Shown here: one piece after another, positions 54,906 through 64,000 of the stretch
How the letters are laid out: every line of letters begins with the position of its first letter
Numbering within the stretch: the first letter of the stretch is position 1
From: Eledone cirrhosa
Lineage: Eukaryota
Direction of reading: 5' to 3'
NCBI GenBank assembly: GCA_964016885.1
Contig: OZ024740.1
Location: 292,082,001-292,146,000 of the forward strand
Length of the DNA: 64,000 bases
Position numbers and translations under genes: made by a program
The notes under the pieces: generated by a model
Told to the model about the DNA's origin: nothing
Seen by the model: only the letters and a program-made list of their open reading frames with translations
The model's database searches: none

Positions 54906-55297
54906 ATGTGTGTGTATTAAAATTTAGCTCCGATATAGCTGTATGCGTACATGTATGGGAATTTCGTATATTTGAAGATATACGGTATGTTTAATAAATA
55001 AACATTTCGAAAGCCTAGCTATGAATCTTGAAACGCAGACAGCCACTGCCATCTAGCGGATTCCAGCAGAAGCAGCGGGGGATAACTGTCTATACGCATT
55101 TCGAGCTCTGGCTATCATCATGACAGTGTTTCCCCTGCTCTCTGGTGGAACTTGGAACAGTTGAAAATATATAGTTTTTTTCGCCTGTGTAGATGGGCTG
55201 ATTAACCTCATTTGCATATGAGAAAATATAATTAAAATTTAGCTCCATCATAGCTGTATACATACAAGTATGTGAATTTCGTTCGTAAATCTAAAGA

Positions 55298-56531
55298 CTA
55301 GCTGAATGACCCGGCGTTGTCCGGGTTACTGCTGTTCTTATTCAGATTAGTAAACAATAAATATGAAAATATATATATTTTTCTCATAATTATTTCAAAA
55401 TATCTATATTTTGTTAATAAAACATCAAAATTGTAATGATTATAGAATTAGAATTGAGAATCTATCAATCTTGAAGCACCCCAGGGTAAACAATATTCAT
55501 TGTATAATATTTTGTTGGTGTCCAAATGAATAAATTGTTGCTGCTTCCAATACGTGAGCAACCAACATAGAGTTGACCGTGGGAGAAACGTTTAGTAGAG
55601 AGATCAAGTCCAACTACCTTGAGGGATTGACCCTGAGATTTGTTAATTGAATAACAAAACTTAGTTTGACTGGAAACTGAAATACAAATGGAACAGCTGT
55701 AGGTATGACAGGAATTTTTAGAATAAAGTCATTTTTTTTCAATATTGTAAACAAATAAGTGTCAACATCCAAAAAAAATATATGGTAATCTCTATTTTTG
55801 TAGGTAGTGTAAATAACCAAATATAAGCAAATGTATTAACTGCTAATTTAACGGTATGAGAATATAAATATAAACGAACACACATACATACACTCACACA
55901 AACATACATTTATAAAAACACACACCGACAGGCATTCATACAAATACACACAGACATACATTCATACAAACACACACATAGAGATTCACCCACGAACAGA
56001 CACACATACATTCACACAAACTTATAAAAATCACACACAGACATACATACATTCGTAAAAACACACACAGAGTTTCACCTCCAGCATTTCGTTATGTCAG
56101 TCGTTACAGAAATGTATGTATACGCACACACAGATACACTCACACACATATGCAGATGTATGTGTAGATATGTGTGTGTGTTTAATTCTCTGTGTATCTG
56201 ATTAAATATTTACGTGAAGATGTGTGTGTATGTAACTTATTAAGGTCTAACGTACATAACGAACGCGCAAACACACAAACACTCACACACATACACATGC
56301 ATATTCAAAATGTGACGTCGTCGTCGTGTTATAAAATATCCGTTTAGTTATAGTTGACTATCGTCGATTATTTTAGACAAAATGTTAGATTGTTTTAATC
56401 CAAATGAAAATAAAAATTACCTGTTGTTAATCCGGGGGTCTCATACTATTACCTTCTAAAATTTGATTTGATTTGGTCGAGCTGTTTGAGAATGCATAAA
56501 GAAAAGACAGACAAAGAATTTTATATAGAGA
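55298..56531 (-). mobile_element. Deleted Helitron retaining the Pif1-type helicase C-terminus
   Basis: 3' hairpin ACCCGG...CCGGGT followed by CTAG|T. Minus 55530-55730 encodes QFPVKLSF..INKSQGQSLKVVGLDL...FSHGQLYVGCSR (one frameshift). 5' TCTATATAAAA. Confidence 0.85.
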
Positions 56532-56630
56532 GTGTTCACACACACAGACAGGCACACAAACACACACACACATATATATATATAACATATATATAATATT
56601 GGCTATCGAAATATATATAAATAGTCGACA

Positions 56631-56751
56631 TTCTTCTTCTTCTTCTTCTTCTTCTTCTTCTTCTTCTTCTTCTTCTTCTTCTTCTTCTTCTTCTTCTTCT
56701 TCTTCTTCTTCTTCTTCTTCTTCTTCTTCTTCTTCTTCTTCTTCTTCTTCT
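56631..56751 (+). repeat. (TTC)n microsatellite
   Basis: Directly visible. Confidence 0.98.
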
Positions 56752-56812
56752 TTAATAGACTAGTAGACCAAAATATAAAATGCAAGAAAGATTAAGAACT
56801 GCCATGGAAATA

Positions 56813-57185
56813 CAGTGTAACCTCGGCTTACGAACGTCTTTCATCACGAACAAATCGGGTCACAAACAATTTTTCCGACCATAAAACGTCTCGGTATACG
56901 AATGGTGTCTCGAGTAACAAACACGCAAGCCGGCAACAACAGTTGGCTACAAGCTAGGAGTATCGGCGGAAAAGAGTCACTTGTTGTGTAGTTAGTGACT
57001 ATAAAGATATGTACTCGTCTTCCACACACAGTCTCTCTTTCTCTCTCTCCCCCCCCCTCCCCTCTTTCTCTCACTGTATTTCTCGCTCAACATTTCGTAT
57101 GGGAAAAACAATTTCGGTTTACGAACATTTCGCTTGACGAATGGCCTTCAGGAACGAATTAATTTTGTAAACCGAGGTTCCACTG
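56813..57185. mobile_element. Tigger/pogo-like MITE
   Basis: TA|CAGTGTAACCTCGGCTTACGAA ... TTTGTAAACCGAGGTTCCACTG|TA. Confidence 0.85.
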
Positions 57186-57479
57186 TACTGAGTATTTTGC
57201 GGGGGTTAACTGCTGTAAGATGGAATCCCTTCTCCTTATAATTTCTATAAAGAATAAGAGAAAGACTACACACCGTGCAACTAGAAAACAATTTGTTGTG
57301 GAAAGATGAATGAAAATCAATAACCACTGTTAGACAGTATTAATTATCATAAAGAACCTGCATACAAGTAATATCCGCACAATTTCTCGTAGATCTATCG
57401 ATCTAGCTATTGGCGGAAAAAAAATAATTTTCTTTTAAAAAAACATGTGATAAAAAAACATGTGATAACCTCGATTATT

Positions 57480-57925
57480 TCCTCTTTGCACCGGTCACTG
57501 TCGAGACCTCAGACGTCCTCGGACCCCATACAGCCGAGCTCTTCTATAAAATCGTCTGATGAAGGAACCACACGAGATGGAGTGGATGTTTCAGCAGATG
57601 TCGCTGGCCATTATCTGCGGAAAGGCATTGCAGTTTTGTCCGCGAGGCGCAACCTATCACCTTCTTCCCTTACTTCTCTCCTTTTTGCGTGATCTCATTG
57701 TCCTTTCTTTTCCCTTTCTTTTCCTCTCATTTACGGCATTTATAGCCCTTTCTCTTAATTTCCTATGCAGTCAGATCTGCCCTTCTTTACACCTACCCCC
57801 CCCCCCTCTGTTTGTTGTTTGATTTTGTTTTTATCCTTTTTTTCTTTTTCTTTCATATTTCCATTAATATTTGTAATGTTATTTATACAACTGTGAATTT
57901 ATTGTCCGTAATTTTATTTTATAAC
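57480..57925 (+). mobile_element. CRE-like LINE 3' fragment
   Basis: FAPVTVETSDVLGP...EMEWMFQQMSLAIICGKA followed by a pyrimidine-rich UTR. Confidence 0.65.
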
Positions 57926-59250
57926 ATGGACTGAGCCCTTCTATTTTCTCCGCGGGACTCAACAGTAAGTAGCACAACTAGGTTTCTTCATAAAATAATC
58001 ATAAAGCTTAAATTTATCTGTGACTATTGATCGGGCTTATAGCATGCAAGTAGCCAGCCAAACGACAAGACACACCCCACAGATAAATCTCATGCAGGTA
58101 GCCGGCCGAATAACAAGACACAACACAGATGAATCTCTTTAGTTATATCATATAATTTTAACGGGCTTAATAAATATTAGTTTGGTAGTATGTAATGGTA
58201 GTGATGAAGTGTGCAGTTGATGAGTGAGTAGCTTGTTGGTCGAGTAATGGCAAGTAAGTGAAGTATGTCTTAGTGAGACGAGAAAAATTTTGCCATGCTG
58301 AAGGAAACAAGTAGTTGTGATCGTTTGTTGTGGTGTGGGTGAAGATGATTTTCACAAATCACATGGATAAGAATTAACAAATGAACAAGACACACACTAA
58401 TTTTAATATTTTTATTTGTAATATGAGTTCAGGGCTGGCTAGCAAGTGTTGTGTCTGTGTGTGGGGCTACACTGCTGGGCTGACCAAACAAGATGTCTGT
58501 CTTTTGCAGAGTCGAAAAGCAGATTGTCTTCGGGAGTCGAAAATAGTTTGTATATATAAGAATTCGGTTGCCCAGAAACATTAAACAGATATCCTTTTCA
58601 ACTGTCCTCTTATCGAACAGTCTGACACCGTGAGCCTCATACAAGAGAACATTATCTAAGTTTGTGACTGGGGTTGTAGGTCACTCTTTTGATGGTTGTG
58701 TGTGGCAGACTAAGAAAACCATTTTGGGAAAATATGTCAATGTTTCGCTACATATTTGCCTAGCTAAGGAACAGACTGTACACCGATGTGCAGAGATGAA
58801 TCATATGGAATACAATATGATCATGGGGTTATTGGATCTTGTTAGACAGAGGAGTTGAGTTTCCTAAAATGTTACAAAGAAAAAAAAAGCAAATGCCAAT
58901 TTCTAAAAAAAAGAAAACCCTTTGTCAATCGACAATACAGTTAGTATAAATTATACAACATACAACTTAAAAGAAAATTTTTTTCTTTCTTTCTTAGCTG
59001 CAAATATATTAATTATTTGCAGTAAACAGCTTCAACAATACCAGCTACAGTTATATGTGAACATGATAAGTGTGTATGGTCCATGGTATACTTTGTGTAG
59101 TTTGACATATTTTCCTTTAGGAGAAACACATCAACATCATGTTGTAATGTAACAAGTTCATAATGAATATTTGAATCATCTGGCATATCAACATTGAGAA
59201 TATAACTGAGTACACAAACTATGTCTTGTTTATTACCATTACATTGTAAT

Positions 59251-59351
59251 CCCGCCGAGGTTAACTTTGCCTTTCATCCTTACGGGGTCGATAAAATAAA
59301 GTACCAGTAATACACTGGGTAATTGCTGGCCTTGTGCCTAACGTAGAAACA
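59251..59351 (+). mobile_element. 5'-truncated SINE with 13-bp TSD
   Basis: ATTACATTGTAAT at 59238-59250 and 59352-59364. Confidence 0.9.
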
Positions 59352-59639
59352 ATTACATTGTAATTCCATTTCCGCCGTGACTTTAGGTAGTTTATACAAT
59401 CAGTCTTTGTTATTTTGAGACACTTCTAATGTTGATTCGCTAACCAGGGCTGACAATCAACGAGACGCCATTTTTTCTGTGGAACTCTTGCTTCTTTGAT
59501 TTAGAATCGTGAGCTTTGGATGGTTTCTTTCATAACTTCACCTAACATTTCTGTACATTTCTAAATGATTTTGAATTTATCTTCATTTCTGCAATTAACA
59601 AGAATTTCTTTGGTTGCTACAGCTATACTTCTCGCTGTT

Positions 59640-60705
59640 CTTCTTCTTGTGTTACATATGCACAATAGTTAGAGAGGCAGGTCGAGATCGGTGAGCCAGA
59701 CCAAGCCGCCATTTGCAGCATTATGGATTTCCTCTAGGCTGCCGGAAAAACTTCTGAGGAGCCAATCCCGAACAACATGCAATACTGTCTAGTCAGGGTC
59801 CCTACAGTCACATACTGAGCTGTCTTTCATTTTTCAACGATGAAGATGATGAGTTGCCCTGGCATGTGTTGTGCGGATCCTATTAAGGGACACTTATTGC
59901 TTTATAAAAAGATCAAAGCCGACTAGTTTAGATGTGGGGTCTTGGACGAGGTCTTGGTTAGCAAATTTGGACTGATTCCATGATCTTCGCCACTCTTCCT
60001 TCAGATCAAAATTATGGTCCTGAAGTGTCTTCATTGATATCCAGAATGGTTTGTGTGATTTTCAGCACATGTTGGGAAGGTTTTCTAGGTTTTCGTGGAT
60101 GGGAAGGTTGGGCTTCGACTTGGTAAGAAGTGCTGCTTAGCGGATCATCTTCTGACGCCGCATGTGAGAAGGAGCTATATGAGAAAGGGTAGGCAGTCAC
60201 TGAGTAGGTATAAATTTCATTGTGCCAGATACTATTCTCATTGCCGAGTTGAGAATGGCGTCAATTTCCTGTCCGGACTGGTGAACAGTACTCTGCAATT
60301 GAGTATGCAGGTGCTAAGCACGCAGTTCGGGGTGTGTACATCAGACCCCAGCTATTTTCTGCTAACTTGCATATGATATTACTACTGGTTATGACCAATC
60401 CGGCAACCCTTTTAGGTGCTCTCGATAGGGTGTGGTTCATTCTTGACGGGTCTACCACAGAAGGAAACTTTGAGTTCCGTCCTAGCTTGTATGGTGCTGA
60501 GATGGAAGGCTGTCACAGGACGATAATAAACAAGAGAGGACACCAGCCTGCACGATTAATTCTTCGCTACGATCTTTGTTAATTCTGACCTTGCTGACTG
60601 TTCCATTATTATGGGTTGTACTGCCCTCACAAGCCACTCGTCTGCTCCTAGTTTTCCAAGAGCCCACCAGATAATGGAACGGGGGCTCTGTCAAAAGCTT
60701 TCTCC
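59640..60705 (-). mobile_element. Vingi/Ingi-like LINE 3' portion, decayed
   Basis: KLAENSWG...RTACLAPAYSIAEYCSPV, then the LNRIR-type C-terminus shared with 29410-29680. Confidence 0.7.
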
Positions 60706-62285
60706 AGGTCTACAAAAGCCAGTAGAGGGGTTTACCTATAGCTAGGTACTTCTCATACAGTTGTCTTACAGGGAAGAGGTCATCTGTGGTACTTTTACTT
60801 GGTAAAAATACAATCTGCATCTCACCTAGGTTAACTCGTTCCCTAATCAGCTGAGGTATGGCTCTTTCAGTGACCTTCATAATCTGGCTAACCAATTTAA
60901 TGCCTCTATAGTTTTTTTTTCTATCTGGACTCTAGATAGAGAAAACTGCTACAAGCGCAAATGTGGTGCTCTAGATTCTAAAGCATCACCTTTGCCTTTG
61001 TTGCAGTTTACGATGATGATGCTACACCAGTCATTGGGTATGGCACCATTTTGTATAACATATCCTTGATTACCTTACTTATGACTTGTACAGCCTGTCC
61101 CTCCTTTTGGGTCGACATGTGACAAACGTTCTTCTTCCTGTGCATTCTCCTCATTCAGTAATCTTTCATAGTGGCACTTCCATGCTACCTTCTTTTCAGC
61201 GTCAGTGAGGGCAAGTTTGCCATTATCATTTCAGACACACTTCAGACACACTTCTCTGCGCTGACATCACAATATTCCCGGACACATTGTCTTGCGATCT
61301 TGAACACCTCACGCCTTTGATCCTCATGCTGCAGAACATGCTTAAATTTATTGTTTTCTGCTTCCCTTCTTGCAAGTTATACTTGTCGCCTTGCTTCTCT
61401 CCTAGCCTTCTAGTAAACTTCTCTACCACCCCCATTTCACCAATCCTTCCAAGCCCATCTTTTGGCCTTAATTGTCTCGTCTACTTTACTTTTCCACCAC
61501 CAAGTCACTCTCCGTCTGCCTAGAGACCTACTCCAACCACAGATTTCATCTGTCGCCTTCAGTAGGTTATCTTTCAGGAACTCCCACTGTTCCTCTATAT
61601 CGTATGTCTCTATTTGCTCTTCCTTACTGTCGAAGGCGTCAGTCAACAAACTTCTAAATTTGTTACTGTTTGATGGGTCTTTTAACTTCTATACTCTTCT
61701 CCTCCAGGTTATCTTCTGTTGCAGGGTTCTTCTAGCTCTGACTATAAGGTCGCTAACTACTAAGTTCTGTTGAGAGGTGCATTCTTACAGTCACTCCATT
61801 TCATCTTCTGGTAAGAATGAAATCTATTCGGCTGGCGTGCTCACCTGATTTATAGGTGATTAAGTAGTTGTATCGTTTTTTGAAGTTCGTGTTACAGATA
61901 AATAGATCATTTGCGTCACAGAATTACAACAGTCTGAAATCTTCATTGTTTCTAGCGCCAAACCCGTAACCCCCGTGGATCCCGTCGAAGCCCTAGCAGT
62001 GTTGCCCCACATGCCCGTTAAAGTCACCTGCAATACGTAAGAGGTCGCTGTCATTTATTTGGGGGGTAGTGTGCATTAGGGACTCATAGAACCTGTCTTT
62101 TATACGTCCAGACTGAGGTGTATATGCAGATATAACTGTCATGGTTGTTCTCTTTAGTACAAGTCTAAGTTTAATTATTTTGTAATTTACTCTTCTTACA
62201 GCAATTACTTTGTCTGCCCATTTTCTGCTGCTAAAATCCCTACTCCACCCAGCCCGTCGTCATCTCACACCAGAACATTTTGTTG
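60706..62285 (-). mobile_element. RTE-clade LINE internal fragment (APE endonuclease to start of RT), heavily decayed
   Basis: ISAYTPQSG, GDFNGHVG, ITYKSG, IEEQWEFLKDNLLKATDEICG...TWWW, NYRGIKL, MQIVFLPSKSTTD. Confidence 0.8.
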
Positions 62286-62342
62286 CATCGTTTTTTTGCC
62301 CACGAGAAATCTACCTGACATTCCCCTCCATCTAATCTTGTT

Positions 62343-62402
<60 letters not shown>

Positions 62403-62427
62403 TCATATATATAGATATATAGATATA

Positions 62428-62496
<69 letters not shown>

Positions 62497-63039
62497 AACA
62501 AGATTAGCTGACATTCCCCTACATCTAATTTTGTTGTACACCACACACACACACACACACACACACTCACTCATATATATATATATATATATATATTGAA
62601 GCAGTGCGCATGTCCGATTCATTTTTACGGATTTCTTTCTTTCGTTGATGTGTTATTTATATATAATAAATGTTCTTTCACACGCACTCGCGCATACAGA
62701 CACACACTGTGTGTGTGTGTGTGTGCGGTGGTGATTGTGTGTCTGTATGCGCGAGTGCGTGTGATAGAACATTTATCTAATATATATTTGTGAAATGGGT
62801 GGTGGTTGAAATTCAGTTGTGCACGGTTAAATGGTAGTAGACGTGGTCGGACGGACATGAAAATATACACACCTATGTAACTTGAAAAATGTGGTCCCTG
62901 GGGCCCCAAAACGGTCTATTTACTATCGCGTTCGGTGAGTTATTTCCCCCTGTTCTAATACTTTTGTCTTATTTACAATTTCATACAAATAAAGCAGTAA
63001 ATAAAGGATTATGAGTTCATGCAATTGACTTATGTTTCG

Positions 63040-63105
<66 letters not shown>

Positions 63106-63439
63106 GAAAATGCTTTAATAAATAAAAAATATCAACTGTAATGTATGTATGCATGTATTTATGTGTTTATATGAGCGGGGATATCCAAGTAAATCTTACT
63201 TTGTGGACAGCTGCCCCTTAGCATAATATTCATGCTAGAACAGCATATATTTGAAAGTTTTCAGGGAGTTGAATTACTGATTTTGGATCGGCAGCTTTAG
63301 CTTTGAAAAAATGAAATGTGCAGTGTAAAGATTTTTTATTATTCCTCCGGGGATGTATCTTCTCTGCCTTTTTCCATCTCTTTCTTTCTCTCTGGAAGAA
63401 ATCAGCCGTAGTAAAACCTAAAAAAATGGTTAGATACAC

Positions 63440-63573
63440 CATGACGCACCGTGCATCACGGTGGAGTTGAAAAGCAGACTCAGAACATGGCGTTGTGTGG
63501 GGGTGGCTCGCAGCCCAATGTTCCAGAGGGAGCAAAAGAAGAAGAAGAAGAAGAAGAAGAAGAAGAAGAAGAA
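63440..63573 (+). mobile_element. RTE-like 3' terminus with (GAA)n tail
   Basis: ...GCAGCCCAATGTTCCAGAGGGAGCAAAA followed by (GAA)n. Confidence 0.5.
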
Positions 63574-64000
63574 GGTGTGAGCTGGAGTCCTATCAAATAT
63601 GTAGGTTGTGTCTTAAATTGAAGGTTTAGTAGAAACAATTCATGTATAGTTTTGTACTTTTCTTTTTGTCATTCATATATAAACAAATCTACTATATAAA
63701 TTGGAAGTGGTCGGACGTTGTATATGTAGGTGTAGTCGGATAAACGTCGAAACGGCTTGGTGGAATGCAGCGAAAATTTACAGTTATGCAGAATGACCCG
63801 AGGAGGCGTTGGGTCGACTTTCAAGCTACAAGCTTCCATGGTTACGGAGAAAATCGATGAAACAGGAATTTCCCATTCAAATTGAACTGAGAGTAATCTG
63901 TGAACGCAGAAGTAAATATTTCGAGAAATGTTGCAACCGAACGAAAACAGGAAGACAATATTTTGGTTCGTGAAGACGTTCCCTGGCAATGAACAGGAAA

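Noticed and set aside
57556-57565. CTGATGAAGG hammerhead core
   Set aside because: Lies within CRE-like coding sequence with no GAAA or stems in place.
58418-58643. Solo LTR (TG...CA, TATA-like and ATTAAA signals)
   Set aside because: No matching TSD and no second copy in the window.
63230-63420. Host terminal exon on the minus strand
   Set aside because: An acceptor-like TTTTTTTAG and a short open frame exist, but there is no recognisable domain or partner exon.

Overview
AT-rich, repeat-saturated animal genomic DNA with no recognisable host gene, rRNA, tRNA gene or CRISPR. The tRNA-derived SINEs and very dense (TA)n/(CA)n/(ATT)n tracts resemble octopod cephalopods; this is recognition from memory, not a search. 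Main contents: (1) an (ATT)n-linked cluster at ~11.2-24.3 kb with three R4/Dong-like RLE retrotransposon copies, one with an uninterrupted 1130-aa ORF, plus a Tx1-like LINE; (2) a second, diverged Tx1-like LINE with a 15-bp TSD at 47.5-53.2 kb; (3) several Penelope-like GIY-YIG remnants and about ten sequence-unrelated type I hammerhead ribozyme motifs, some in fold-back palindromes; (4) three Helitrons and Sola2-like, Tc1, Tigger, RTE, Vingi-like and CRE-like relics. Best leads: a putative mini-intron that would fuse ORF1 to ORF2 in frame in both Tx1 families, hammerheads with very long stem II whose 5' edges coincide with element breakpoints, and a SINE 3' end resembling the Tx1 3' end. All calls are by eye; no alignment, folding or database search was run.
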